Assembly (NCBI RefSeq): GCF_006345805.1
Contig: NC_043008.1
Location: 22,010,001 to 22,074,000, forward strand
Length of the DNA stretch: 64,000 nt
Origin: Octopus sinensis
Lineage: Eukaryota
Direction of reading: 5' to 3'
Below the pieces are notes generated by a model, which worked only from the letters and a program-made list of their open reading frames with translations, was not told the origin of the DNA and searched no databases. How positions within the stretch are numbered: the stretch's first letter is position 1; every line of letters begins with the position of its first letter. Below are positions 1 through 12,260 of the stretch, piece after piece. Made by a program: the position numbers and the translations under genes.

Positions 1-284
1 ATATATATATATATATATTTATTATATATATAATATACACATATATATACGCATCTCTTATTGACAACATACAGTGTTCAGAAATCACTACTATATGTCT
101 ATAAGAGAGGCTTTCTTGAGATGAATACCACAACTTTGAAGGATTTCAAAACGTATCTGCATTAAGTATGATATACAGATTGCTGCTAATTGGAACAAAT
201 GTCTCCATCACTAATAAGAATATATAAATATAGATATATTATATATACATAGTATCTATATAAATATCATCTATATATATTATA

Positions 285-518
285 GGGCGGCGAGATGGCA
301 GAACCTTTGCATATTTGGCGAAATGCGTAGCCATATTTCGTCTGCCGTTCGTTCTGAGTTCAAATTCCGCCGAGGTCGACTTTGGCCTTTCATCTTTTCG
401 GGTCGGTAAATAAAGTACCAATTTCGCACTAGGGTGTTTATGTAATCGACTTAATCCATTTGTCTGTGCTTATTTGTCCCCTCTCTGTGTTGGGCCCCTT
501 GTGGGTAGTAAAGAAATA
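285..518 (+). mobile_element. SINE family A (tRNA-like head), monomer with tail type 1
   Basis: Head GGCGGCGAGATGGCAGAA, B-box-like GAGTTCAAATTCC, body GGTCGACTTTGGCCTTTCATCTTTTCGGGTCGG, tail CCCCTTGTGGGTAGTAAAGAAAT. About 25 homologous copies in the window; this one sits in (TA)n. Confidence 0.85.
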
Positions 519-538
519 TATAATATATATATATATAT

Positions 539-572
<34 letters not shown>

Positions 573-1066
573 TATACTATATAATTAGGTTCAGCAATGA
601 TTAGCTTCACCACACACCGAAGTTTAGAAATAGCAGTCTAAATCTTAGCTATTCCTTCTACTTTAAAGGGAGTTCCCAGAAAAACCAAAGCACTTGAAAA
701 CAAACCACGTAGGCAAAAGGGGAAAAAATGACGAAAATCATTCTATAATAGGTTACCTACGGACACAAGTTTCGGAATTAAGCCAGTATAAAGCATAAAT
801 AATAAATAATCATACCTTACCCGACTATTTTCATCTCTTCAGCGTAGGATTCCACAATCATAAATAATTGTATCTCAATTATCAATAATTGTATCTAAAT
901 TTGAAGGCACTGGAAAACATCACTTCACCTAACGGTATCAGAGAGATCATATTCCGTGTTAGTGCCGCTAAATTTGCCCTCCAGCGTGTTACCAAAGTAA
1001 GATGCAACAGTTTTTTTCTGGGAGAAAATACCATTATCAATAATAACAAATATATATATATATTTG

Positions 1067-1111
<45 letters not shown>

Positions 1112-1260
1112 ATAGATTAGATAGATACACACACACACACATATATATATACATATATATACATATATTATTTTAAATAGTTTGGCTTCATTCCATTTTA
1201 AATAATACATGTAACTTCTTCAAAATGTGGTGAGTGCCCTTTTCTTTCATTTATCCATTC

Positions 1261-1298
<38 letters not shown>

Positions 1299-2008
1299 CA
1301 CACACACACACACATAGTATATACACATGTATGTATGTAAGTATGGATGAATGGATGGATGGATGTATACATATATATATATATATGCATCTTATGTATA
1401 TATGTATATGCATATATATATGTACATACATACTTATATATGTATGTGTGTGTCTATGTGTGAGTGTATGTGTGTGTGTGTGTGGTGTGTGTGTGTACGT
1501 ATATACATACTGGTGAAATAAATGTGGCTGCAAACTTGAAATGAGCCGCGTGAAATAGATTCAAACAGAAACCTAACGAAGGCAATTCTCATTCTGATCT
1601 CTGCCATATGGGTCACTTGAAATTATATTTGCATTTAATATTTGAAAACATTTTTAGTATATATTTGACCTACCTTTAGGCATAATTAAATATACATACA
1701 CACACACACACATGTATATAAACAATATAAACAAAAACACACACACATATATGTATATATATATATATTTATATACATATGTATATATATAAATATATAT
1801 AAATATAAATATGTACATATATATATACATACATATATATAGAACTATATATGTATAAATGTATAAATTTGTGTATGTGTGTGCGTGGCGTGTGCATTTC
1901 TGTATATATATATATGTACATTATATATGTATATAAATGCACATGCACACACAATATTTATACATATATAGTTCTATATATACGTATATGTATATATAAT
2001 ATAATACA

Positions 2009-2087
<79 letters not shown>

Positions 2088-2651
2088 GTGTGTGTGTGTA
2101 ATCCATTTCATGTCTGCATAAAACAGGCCATGAAATAATAAGGATGGTATATATATGTACGTGTGTGTGTATACTTATACAGACACACACACACACACAT
2201 ACTGGGAAGAAGAAGGTGAAAACGAGATCAGTAACATTTAAATCATTTGATAATTGAACAAATAACATTTACGGTGCACACAAGAACAGAGTTCAATCTG
2301 TATCAAAGACGGGATTGAATTCAGGAGTCAAAGGAATAGAAATCAAAGAACATTGAATTCTTTGTATGAAGTTTGAATATATTAATCAAGAGAGAGACAG
2401 CCACTGAGCCACAAAATGAAAAACCTAGACATCGAGGGTTTTCTTTCATTTCTTTTTTTTTCTGTTTACAATATCTGACTGTTTAATGAAAGGCAAGAGT
2501 TTTTTAATATATATGTATTTTGAAAGAAATGTAATATCTTGCATATAAGCTGGTTAATCCTTGATATAAAAGGGACCTGGAATGCCAATATAAGCAATAC
2601 TTTGAAGATATTGATATATATATATATATATATATAATCATATATACATAC

Positions 2652-2699
<48 letters not shown>

Positions 2700-2706
2700 T
2701 ATGTAT

Positions 2707-2913
2707 GTGGACCCCGTGTGTACCGTTGGCGATTTTTTTTTCCTCTGTCTTCCCTTCTCGGGATCTTTCCTTCTCCTATGTTTCCGACGAAGAGCTCCGC
2801 TCGAAACGTTAAACCCTCCTTCTTCGCTTCTTTCCTGAGCGTCCAATAATACTATATTTATTCCACGTCCTCGCATTGTTGTGTTTTTTTTTTGTTTTCT
2901 TGTTTGGATTAAC
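2707..2913 (+). mobile_element. Penelope-like element terminal-repeat relic containing a hammerhead-ribozyme motif
   Basis: Near-identical inverted copy at 51786-51981. Contains GTTT-CCGACGA-A-GAGC-TCC-GCTC-GAAAC-GTT-AAAC at 2780-2814. Penelope assignment is inferred from the known association of minimal hammerheads with PLE terminal repeats. Confidence 0.6.
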
Positions 2914-3052
2914 TTTATATATATATATATATATATATTAAAGCTATTTTAAATATCCTCTGATCCTGAATACTTAACCGATGAAGGGATAGGCTGGAAG
3001 GATAGTATTTTAGGAAGGACATTTCTATAATATTTACTGCTTTTGTTTTCAG

Positions 3053-3121
3053 AGAATGAAGATCTGTGCCTCTGGACTTTTAGATTTTTCAGCGCCTTTA
3101 ACATTGATAGGAAACAGAAGG
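3053..3121 (+). CDS. candidate 69-bp internal exon, unassigned
   Basis: Acceptor ttactgcttttgttttcAG, donor AGG|GTAAAA. Length is a multiple of 3 and two frames are open (RMKICASGLLDFSAPLTLIGNRR or ENEDLCLWTFRFFSAFNIDRKQK). No homology recognised. Confidence 0.2.
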
Positions 3122-3305
3122 GTAAAACTATCCTCAGTCTAGAGGCCTAATCCTAAATGCTTACAACATAGTGAATGTTGTTAAAGGAACACGAGGTCCA
3201 GGTTATGGCTTTAAATCAGGTGATGTGTTAATTCTACAATCCAAGAATTCATCACACAAAGGGCTGAATCAAATACCACAAGGCATTATGTCTGATGCTC
3301 TAAAG

Positions 3306-3372
3306 CAGTGGTCTTCAACTACTTTTTCCTGTGGACCCATTTGATTTCTATTTTATTCAACTGACCCCCACC
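3306..3372 (+). mobile_element. hAT/Charlie-like MITE left-end relic
   Basis: Starts CAGTGGTCTTCAACTACTTTTTCCTGTGGACCC, resembling CAGTGGTTC(T/C)CAAC hAT termini. No partner TIR found. Confidence 0.35.
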
Positions 3373-3382
3373 ATATGATGAT

Positions 3383-3880
3383 GATCATCGTCTCATCATT
3401 TAACGTCTGTTTTCCATGCTAGCATGGGTTGGATGGTTCAACCGGGGTCTGGGAAGCCAGGAGGCTGCACCAGGCTCCAGTCTGATCTGGCAGTGTTTCT
3501 ACAGCTGGATGCCCTTCCTAACGCCAACCACTCCGTGAGTGTAGTGGGTGCTTTTTATGTGCTACTGGCGCAGGGGACAGAGGAGGCTGGCAATGGCCAT
3601 GATCGGTTGGTGCTGTTTACGTGCCACTGGCATGGGTATCACAACTACAATTTTCATTTGATTTTCATTTGATGTTGATTCACTTGACTCAATAGTTCTC
3701 CTCAAGCACAGCAGGTCACCCTACAATCCAAGGTAAGCACAGCAAGCTGTCCTGCAATCCAAGGTACTTTGAATGGGCTAGGGCTGGTTGTGTGAAACTG
3801 GCGTAGGATACAGCCATGAACTCACTTTATTTGACAGGTCTTTGCAGTCACAGCATATCTCCAGAAGTCTTGGTCTTTCG

Positions 3881-3883
<3 letters not shown>
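3383..3883 (-). mobile_element. RTE-clade LINE 3' end (UTR), 5'-truncated
   Basis: Same terminal block as 7781-8490 (GGATGCCCTTCCTAACGCCAACCACTC...; (CAT)n on the + strand). Its distal end is homologous to the RTE ORF terminus. Confidence 0.75.
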
Positions 3884-3915
<32 letters not shown>

Positions 3916-3918
<3 letters not shown>

Positions 3919-3992
3919 GACTTGTGTCTTTCAGTTTCCATCTACCAAATCCACTCACAAGGCTTTGGTCAGCCTGGGGCTATAGTAGAAGG
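3916..3992 (-). mobile_element. SINE family B, central fragment
   Basis: TTTCAGTTTCCATCTACCAAATCCACTCACAAGGCTTTGG matches the family B 5' half and begins at a (TA)n array. Confidence 0.7.
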
Positions 3993-4529
3993 CCCTTCTC
4001 TAAGCACCCCCTCAAACACATACACAAATGCTCTTTTCAGAACGCTATATGATCCATTGCACTACAAAGTTAGTCCTGAATATGAACTTTCACTAAACAG
4101 ACACATAATTCCACAAAATAGATGAAGAGGCTGCAATATTCATAAAGTGTACGGAATAATTATATTATCAAAGAAAACAATGTAAGTTAATTCAATGATA
4201 CATCTTCACAGAAGTGTTTGTCAAGTGAACTGCTTCGTGAGAACAGAACACCAAACAAAAGGTTGATTTGCCAGACAAACATTTGCATGATATATTATTA
4301 AATAAATCTACATCGTTTCTTATTTTTGAATCAACAAATGTGTGTATATGCTTGTGGTGTGTGTGTGTGTGTGTATGTGTGAGTGTGAATGTAAGTGTGT
4401 GTGTGTGTGGGTGTCCCTGTCTGTCCTACTTTTTAGAAAAAATACAACATAGCCATTGGTGTTGTACAAGAAAACTGAAAGGGTTTGCATCAGGAAGAGT
4501 ATCAAACTAGGAAACAAACAACTGCTTAG

Positions 4530-4930
4530 TGTGGCTGTGTGGCTGTGTGGTAAGTAGCTTGTTTACCAACCACACGGTTCCGGGTTCAGTCCCACTGCGT
4601 GGCACCTTGGGCAAGTGTCTTCTACTATAGCCTCGGGCCAACCAAAGCCTTGTGAGTGGATTTGGTAGACGGAAACTGAAAGAAGCCCGTCGTATATATG
4701 TATATATATGTATATATATGTGTACGTGTATGTTTGTGTTTGTCCCCCTAGCATTGCTTGACAAGCGATGCTGGTGTGTTTATGTCCCCGTCACTTAGCG
4801 GTTCGGCAAAAGAGACCGATAGAATAAGTACTGGGCTTACAAAAGAATAAGTCCCGGGGTCGAGTTGCTCGATTAAAGGCGGTGCTCCAGCATGGCCGCA
4901 GTCAAATGACTGAAACAAGTAAAAGAGTAA
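4530..4930 (+). mobile_element. SINE family B (tRNA head, CORE-like segment, internal microsatellite), near full length
   Basis: Head GTGGCTGTGTGGTAAG...GGGTTCAGTCCC, GTGGCACCTTGGGCAAGT, internal (TA/TG)n, tail GACTGAAACAAGTAAAAGAGTAA. Near-identical to 30121-30598. Confidence 0.85.
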
Positions 4931-5007
4931 CTATCTCAATGAAATATGAAAGAGTTGAAGTGGATGTGCATGTGTGTATATATGTATATATATATATATA
5001 TATATTA

Positions 5008-5085
5008 AAAATGGGAAAGGCCAGTTTATGGGATTACCTTAGGTTTACCGTCCATAAAGGGTTTAGCTTTATGGCCTATCATCAG
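5008..5085 (+). mobile_element. single arm of the foldback element seen at 37019-37238
   Basis: GGAAAGGCCAGTTTATGGGATTACCTTAGGTTTACCGTCCATAAAGGGTTTAGCTTTATGG aligns by eye to 37021-37080. Confidence 0.55.
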
Positions 5086-5544
5086 ATCTCAGATGACAAT
5101 ATATACAGCACACCTTGTATGCATATATATATGTAGATGTATATGTATGTAAATATAGCTATATGTACACACACACACTCACACACATATATATATACAC
5201 ATGCATAAATTCACATGCAGGTACATGTGTGTAATAGATCACATTTTATGTATGCTCTAAAGCAGTTAGCAACAGAATGGTCATCACACTACAAAAGACA
5301 AAATTACTTGCCAACCTTAAAAAACACAAGAACATAATAGACACAATGAAAATTGGCAGCTTTCTCTTTTGCTATGTGAATGCCAGGTGACAAAGCACTG
5401 CAACAATTTGCCAAGATGTTGTGAGATCCATCTAACTCATGCCAGCATTTAACATGATGGTGATGACAATGATGATGCCAAATAATAGTGATGATGGTGA
5501 CAATAATAAAAGATTCTTCTTCTGATTTTGGTGATTTAGCCATC

Positions 5545-5804
5545 AGTTGTGTGGACACCCCCAGACAATGAAGTAGGGTTGCCCAATACGTAGATATAGA
5601 AGGAGAAGTCTAGACGTCGGGAGTTGAGTAGAGGTCAATTCTATCTTGTATTTTAAGAATAATTCTGTCAGTATTTGTCCATTACCTCCACTGTTATGTC
5701 GCACATTCGGATGACCTCTATTCAACTCCCAATGTCTAGACTTCTCCCTATATATCCATGTATTGGGCTAGCCTACTTCAATATCGGGGGGTATCCACAC
5801 AACA
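5545..5804. mobile_element. MITE/foldback with 93-bp TIRs and 5-bp TSD (Ginger-like termini)
   Basis: Arms 5545-5637 and 5712-5804 are imperfect inverted repeats around a 74-bp spacer. CCATC is duplicated at 5540-5544 and 5805-5809. The right end is ...CCACACAACA (TGT terminus). Confidence 0.8.
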
Positions 5805-6312
5805 CCATCAAAACTTCTGGTGTTCATTACTGATGCCTGCTTGCTCTTTGCCAATTTGGTTCTTATTAATTTTAAAGCTAAAGAAGATATTTCATAATTT
5901 TTTTTTACTATAATTTGCCATTATTGCTATTATTTCCATTTTACTTCTCAAAGCTCTCAATTTTACTTGTTCTGGTTAATTCTCTACTAGCAGACAGCAC
6001 TCTGTTGTCAAAGATCTCAATGGATCTCTTCACAATACTCAATACCAAAACACCAATCTCAAAATCTACACTGTCCCCAATAGAGCAGTTTTCTGAGCAT
6101 GTTCTACCCTCATATCAATTCCAATTTCTCCAACATATTTACCAGCCTGGTTCTGAATATTCCCAGTGGCCTGAACTACTAGAATAATATTTTTTCTCTT
6201 CATTGCCGACACTCATACAATTTCGTCTTTTAGTACCTTGTACTTTTCAATCTTTTCCAGCTCTTTGTTCCCCACTCATGCATCCCCAGATATGGCAATA
6301 TCTATGGTCTTG

Positions 6313-6709
6313 CTAAGGCAGCGAGCTGGCAGAAACATTAGCACGCCAGGCAAAATGCTTAGCGGTATTTTGTATGCCACTACATTCTGAGTTCAAATTC
6401 CGCCGAGGTCGTCTTTGCCATTCATCCTTTTGGAGTCGGTTAAATAAGTACCAGTTATGCCCTGGGTTCGATGTAATCAACTTAATCTGTGTCTCCTTGT
6501 TTATCCCCTCTGTGTTTAGCCCCTTGTGGGTCATAAAAAATTAGGTATTTTGCCTGTCTTTACATTCTGAGTTCAAATTCCACCAAAGTAGACTTTGCCT
6601 TTCATCCTTTCAGGGTCAATAAATTAAGTACTAGTTGCGTACTGGGGTTGATCTAATTGACTGGCCTCCCTCTCCCAAAATTTCAGGCCTTGTGTCTAGA
6701 GTAGAAAAG
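6313..6709 (+). mobile_element. SINE-A dimer (tail 1 unit plus 5'-truncated tail 2 unit) with 16-bp TSD
   Basis: TSD AATATCTAT(GG/AA)TCTTG at 6297-6312 and 6710-6725. The second unit starts at GGTATTTT directly after tail 1. Confidence 0.85.
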
Positions 6710-6873
6710 AATATCTATAATCTTGGTGCCCTTCTTCCTTTTGTCCACTACAACAATGTCTGGCCTCCAAGCATCAATCACTGAATCATACTGAATTGTA
6801 AAATTCCATAAGATCTTATGCTAATATTCTCAGTGACACCTTCTGGTTTATGCTTGCACCATTTCTGTGTTCT

Positions 6874-7105
6874 TATTTCTTTATTGCCCACAAGGGACTA
6901 AACATAGAGGGGACAAACAAGGACAGACAAAGGGATTAAGTCGATTACATCGACCTCAATGCGTAACTGGTACTTAATTTATCAACCCTGAAAGGATAAA
7001 AGGCAAAGTCGACCTCGGCGGAATTTGAACTCAGAACATAAAGACAGACGAAATATCGCTAAGCATTTTGCCCGGCATGCTAACGTTTCTGCCAGCTCAC
7101 CGCCT
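6874..7105 (-). mobile_element. SINE-A monomer (tail 1) inserted in the Dong/R4 fragment
   Basis: Full reverse-complement match to family A. TGTGTT...TATTTC is duplicated on both flanks. Confidence 0.85.
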
Positions 7106-7780
7106 TTGTGTTATTTCAAGACTGTACTTCTCATACAATCTCTAGTGAACAAACTTAGCCACATTTGACAAAATACTCTGAATGCTAAAGGGATGAAGAC
7201 ACCTCCTTCAATACAACCCTCCCCTCAAACAAGGGCTCTTGTATTGCAAATTCATTAGTGATCTCTCTAGTGTTGGAGACATGAAAAAGCATGTCACCTG
7301 TGTGCCATGCATGCATGGAAGAACAGACTTAGGAAAAAAGATAAGCAAGGCAGGAAAACTGGAGTGGAAACCATATATTATAATCATGGATAATGTTATC
7401 AGCCAGTTATTGTTATCATAGTTAATGTGTCACGAATATTTTACTTGGCTAAATGTTATCAGCTGTTTGTTACTGGAAAGGCTTCTGTCTCAAAATGAAC
7501 ACAGCAATAAACAGCTTCCACCGAACACACACACACACACACACAACTAAAACTTTTTATCCTCATCCTGACCCTCATCTATATCATCATCACTATCATC
7601 ATCATTATTTTTGTCTTTTTTTTATGTTGGCATGGGTTAGATGGGACTTTTCTGGAAGTTAGTGACACACATTTCATGTGTGTGTGTGTGCATGTGTGTG
7701 TGTGTGTGAAAGAGAATTATAAACTGGAAACACAAATCTAGTTTATAGTTAACCTACATAAGGTAAATTATATATGTATG

Positions 7781-8490
7781 TCATTATCATCATCATCATT
7801 TAACTTCTGCTTTCCATGCTGGCATGGGTTAAACGGTTTTTAAAAGCCAGAGAGCTTTACCAGGTTCCAATCTGATTTGGTTAGTTTTCTATAGCTGGGG
7901 TGCTCTTCCTAACACCAACAACTGCAAGAGTGTAATGGATGCTTTTTACATACCACTGGCACAGGTGCCGTTTACATGACACCAATAACAGCCACAACTA
8001 CGATTCCACAGGTGCCATTTTCATGACACTGGCAACAGCCATGGTTATGATATAACTTGGCTTGACAAATCTTCTCAAGCACAGCATTTCACCAAGCTCT
8101 CGGTCCCTTGGCACCCTTCTCTGTGAGGCCCAACATTCAAAGACCATTTTGAAGATCCTGCTGCTAGCAACGGCCACGATTACAATTTCACAGGTACCAT
8201 TTACATGGTACCAGTAATGACCACATGTACGATTTCACTTGGCTTGACGGGTTTTCTCAAACACAGCATATCAACCAAAGGTCTCAGTCACAAGTCAATG
8301 CCTCTTTGAGGCCCAACGTTCAAATATCATGCTTTACCACTTTGTTCCATGTCTTCTTGGGTTTACCTCTTCCACAGGATCCCTCCACAGTTAGAGATTA
8401 ACACTTCTTTACACAGCTCTTCACATCCATACACATCACATGACCATACCAGCGCAGTCATCTCTCTTGGACATCACATATGATGCTTCT
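7781..8490 (-). pseudogene. RTE-clade LINE 3' end: ORF C-terminus, repeat-containing 3'UTR and (TGA)n tail
   Basis: 8235-8490 translates on the minus strand as about RSIICDVQER*LRWYGHVMCMD..CVKKC..VEGSCGRGKPKKTWNKVVKHD..LGL..YAVFEKTRQAK*, matching the RTE hallmark RLRWYGHV / GRGRP.KTW. The last ORF segment is duplicated internally at about 8050-8140. Confidence 0.85.
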
Positions 8491-8579
8491 TCTGTGTATG
8501 TGTATGTGTGTGTGTGTGTATGCATATATGTACTTATGTATGATATATTTATGTATGTATTTTTTATTCTTTTGTTTTT

Positions 8580-8747
8580 ATTTTTGTTTCGGTCATTTGA
8601 CTGCAGCCATGCTGGAGCACCACCTTTAGTCAAACTTATTCTTTGTAAGCGTAGTACTTATTCTATTGTTCTCTCCTGCCGAACAACTAAGTTACAGGGA
8701 CGTAAACACACCAACATTGGTTTCCAAGCAATGCTGGGGGGTGACAA

Positions 8748-8760
<13 letters not shown>
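8580..8760 (-). mobile_element. SINE-B 3' half
   Basis: TTTCGGTCATTTGACTGCAGCCATGCTGGAGCACC... ending in a (CA)n/(TA)n array. Confidence 0.75.
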
Positions 8761-8817
<57 letters not shown>

Positions 8818-8819
8818 CA

Positions 8820-9075
8820 TATGCTTTTTATGTACCACCTTCATAGGAGCCAGTCCATGGCACTGGCAACGACCTCACTTGAATGTTGTTTTTCACATGC
8901 CACCAACAGAAGTGCTAGTAAGGCAATGCAGGTAACGATCATGCTTGAATGGGGCTTTTTATGTGCCACCAGTATGGGAGCCAGTCAGCAGCCCTGGCAA
9001 CGATCATGCCGGGATGGTGCTTTTAACATTCCACTGGCATGGGTGCCAGTCAGGCAGTGCTGTCATTGGCCATGT
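8820..9075 (-). mobile_element. RTE 3'UTR internal repeat block
   Basis: Recurrent GGTGCTTTTTA(C/T)(G/A)TGCCAC(C/T)GGCA units, as in the other RTE 3'UTR copies. Confidence 0.6.
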
Positions 9076-9500
9076 CAGTGAATTTAGTTATGTATGTATG
9101 TATGTATGTATGTATACACATGTATGTATACACATGTATGTATACACATGTATGTAAGCATGTCAGGTCACAGTTAGTGCCACTTGTAATATGTAACCCA
9201 GTACAATCTGTTTCTTGTTTTAATCATCAGTGGCCCTCAACTGGCAACCCTATGAAGCCAGCTTGGTAAAGAGAGTGGGTTTCATTGGACACTCTTTGGG
9301 GGTGGAAATCAAAACCTGTCAAAGGGCAGATGAACTCAGTAGAGTTGACAATTATCCAATAACTGGGTGTGAGGGATCCCCTAGCATTTGTTTAGACATC
9401 TCTCTAAAAGAAGGAAAACTCTGATGTAATACCTGTGACTTCATTTGCATCCAATGACGTAGACTAGTTCTTCTTTTGGGGCATATGCATACATTGTTTA

Positions 9501-9914
9501 CAGTGCAGGGTTAACCATTAAGCAAAATATGCATGTGCTTAAGGCATCAAGGAAAGGGGACACTACAGAAATGGTAGATGGTTTACAGTATAAAAGAAAT
9601 CACTTTAAACTTACTAAAATAATGTTCAAAATGCTTTATGTGATTGGAAATATAATTTTGAAGTATTCATGGTGAGGATTTAATTAAAGACTTCGCAATT
9701 AAATAAAAGTAGGAGAAAACTTTTCACTTATAAATAAAGAGGAAGTATGACAAAAATAAATGTTATTTTCCATTTTAATATTAATTTTGTTTCATTTTGA
9801 AAAATGAAAATTTATTTTATGGTTTGTTATTGTTTATATTTTGAATTACATATATATGAATGCACCAAAATCTTTTAAGTGCTAAGTCATTCTATGGGTT
9901 TTAATCCAGCCCTG
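9501..9914. mobile_element. hAT-superfamily MITE with 8-bp TSD
   Basis: Left end CAGTGCAGGGTTAA; right end reverse-complements to CAGGGCTGGATTAA. Flanks ATTGTTTA (9493-9500) and ATTGTGTA (9915-9922) match at 7 of 8 positions. AT-rich interior. Confidence 0.75.
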
Positions 9915-10732
9915 ATTGTGTAGAGAGTAAGATTGGCCCTGGGCAAGGCTTTTTGTCCCTTTAAAAATCCTCAGGTACAAGCATAGTTTGATTTTTAGCA
10001 TCTCTGTCATGTGGTGTACACCGTGATTGGCCACTGAAAATACCCAATAAAATTTGTATGATGAAATAAAGGTATGCGTCAGCATGAATGGTAAGCTCTT
10101 TTCACACCGACTGCAAGAAGCATCAATCATTGCCACATCTGTGTTGCTCATAGTTAAAAAGAACACTTCAGTTTGAAATCTAGTTGCAGCTAACATGCAT
10201 ATATAATATGATGTATACCTGTATATAGGTATGTACATATGTTCACATGTCTGAAAGAATGTATCTATATGTATGTTCACATGTATGAATGTATGTATCT
10301 ATATGTATTAAACAGCCAAATGTATTATGAAACATTTAGATATATCAATTTAAAAAGAACAAAAGACAAAACGAAAATTAATATATCAAAATTATATTTC
10401 TGTTTCTCTGTGTCTAATCTCATGAGATATTTAGGTAAAATTCTAATTATTCATAAAAGGTATATAGAGTCTGTTCAAAGAATTAGGCAGTACATGTGTG
10501 TACACTCTGTACAACTAAGCAACAAAGAGCTATTTAAAAGTCTTCGGAAAACACAAAGACAGTAATCAGATATTCTTTAAAGATAGTTCTGTTTGTTTTC
10601 CTCATAAAATTCCATTGTTTGAAGAACAACAGGAAAATAAAACAACAAAACAAAAACAAGGAAACTGTTTTGCAAAATGTCGATGGTGAATTTGTATAAT
10701 TTGCATATTGATCGTGTATCAAACTATATGTG

Positions 10733-10769
<37 letters not shown>

Positions 10770-11131
10770 CAGATGATTTATATAGTGATTTGTATAGCTG
10801 TACGTGGTTGTATGTAAGGGTGTGTTGGCGTGTTATGTTATATAGGCTGCCCACGAATTATCTTTACAACTTCCTCAATGTATTGTATTAAATTGTAAAA
10901 GGAATTTATGGACATCCAACATATATATATATATATACCTCTGTAGCTATAAATAGATGCAGCTGATCTATATGTTGGATTCTAAAGTTGTAAACGACAT
11001 TTATGGCATTTGCAGTTTCTTGCTGAGCGACATTCATATGATGTTTCCTGGTCTTTTAATTTGCTGGTTTCACGGTAGAACTGACTGTGTAATTCCATGC
11101 TGAGTAGGGTTTCTTCTCTCTCATTGGCTAT

Positions 11132-11208
11132 TAGTATTATTATTAATTATTATTATTATTATTATTATTATTTTATTATTATTATTATCATTATTATTAG
11201 TATTATCA

Positions 11209-11239
<31 letters not shown>

Positions 11240-11241
11240 CA

Positions 11242-11273
<32 letters not shown>

Positions 11274-11819
11274 GTGTGAGAGAGCAGTGCATGCGATCAA
11301 AGTGACACTGGGGTAGAATATATGAACTCTAGTATACCCATCACTAGGTACATGTATTACAACCATATGTGTGCAACATGGCGATCTCATATCAAGATAA
11401 ACAGCACAAGATCTTGCCGGTGGAGCCCAGTTAGAATTTTCTTCAGATTGAGTAGCCCATCCCACTCAAACGGTCCCTGAATAAGGGTTGTTTAAGGATG
11501 TTGAAAGAACCACCCATGTTTCCAGAGGTGAAGTATTCAAACCTCTGAGAATTCCTTTCAACACATGGCTATGATGCTCCATCACTACTTCTGCTCATGA
11601 TCAGAGATGCACATATCGTCAGCCACTAAGGGACATGGTCAACTGGTTAAGGTCAAATAGCTGACAAGCAAATCTATGGTATTGAGCAGAATATTTGCTG
11701 TAGCCCAACTTTTATACCAAGACAAAATAATGTACATGATGACACTTCCAATCAGTTACGATCAGAAGCCACGAGAGCCACTGCATGGTACTTCATCAGG
11801 GAATTTATTATTATTATTA

Positions 11820-11876
<57 letters not shown>

Positions 11877-11947
11877 ATATCATTATTACTATTATTATTA
11901 TTATTATTATTTTATTATTGATTATCATTATTATTATTATTAAATTA

Positions 11948-11986
<39 letters not shown>

Positions 11987-12190
11987 CATTATTAATTATT
12001 AATATCATTATTACTATTATTATTATTATTATTATTATTATCATTATTATTATCATTATTATTATTATTACTATTATTATTATTATCATCACTATAAATT
12101 ATTATTATTATTATTATTATTACTATTATTATTGATTATTATTACTATTACTATTACTATTATTACTATTTTTATTATTATTATTATTAC

Positions 12191-12235
<45 letters not shown>

Positions 12236-12260
12236 CATCATCATCATCATCATCATCATC
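11132..12260. repeat. long (TAT)n/(ATC)n microsatellite field split by an insertion
   Basis: (TAT)n at about 11132-11273 and 11806-12235, grading into (CAT)n. Confidence 0.95.
11274..11805 (-). mobile_element. unclassified ~530-bp non-coding element embedded in a (TAA)n array
   Basis: Complex, GC-richer sequence with sharp boundaries inside (TAT)n. On the minus strand it ends ...CTCTCTCACAC(AAT)n. No recognisable ORF. Confidence 0.55.

Larger units (their letters stand above)
5890..7165 (-). pseudogene. Dong/R4-type non-LTR retrotransposon 3' fragment: restriction-like endonuclease (PD-D/ExK) domain, decayed and interrupted by two SINE-A insertions
   Basis: Spliced-out conceptual translation with stops and a frameshift: NVAKFVH*RLYEKYSLEITQKWCKHKPEGVTEN..KILWNFTIQYDSVIDAWRPDIVVVDKRKKGTKIIDIAISGDA*VGNKELEKIEKYKVLKDEI...AQKTALLGTV*ILRL. 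This matches the R4/Dong C-terminal motifs (KWYEH.P, ILWDF.IQ, RPDIV, IIDIA, K.EKY.L, KTALLGT). A degenerate AAT-rich tail follows. Confidence 0.85.

Noticed and set aside
9882-10280. 132-aa minus-strand ORF, mostly in non-microsatellite sequence
   Set aside because: No recognisable domain, and it overlaps the hAT MITE end. A few ORFs of this length are expected by chance in 64 kb across six frames.
10985-11075. Minus-strand peptide YECRSARNCKCHKCRLQL, resembling a nuclear-receptor zinc finger
   Set aside because: Cys spacing is wrong (X1 instead of X9), an immediate stop follows, and there are no supporting splice sites.
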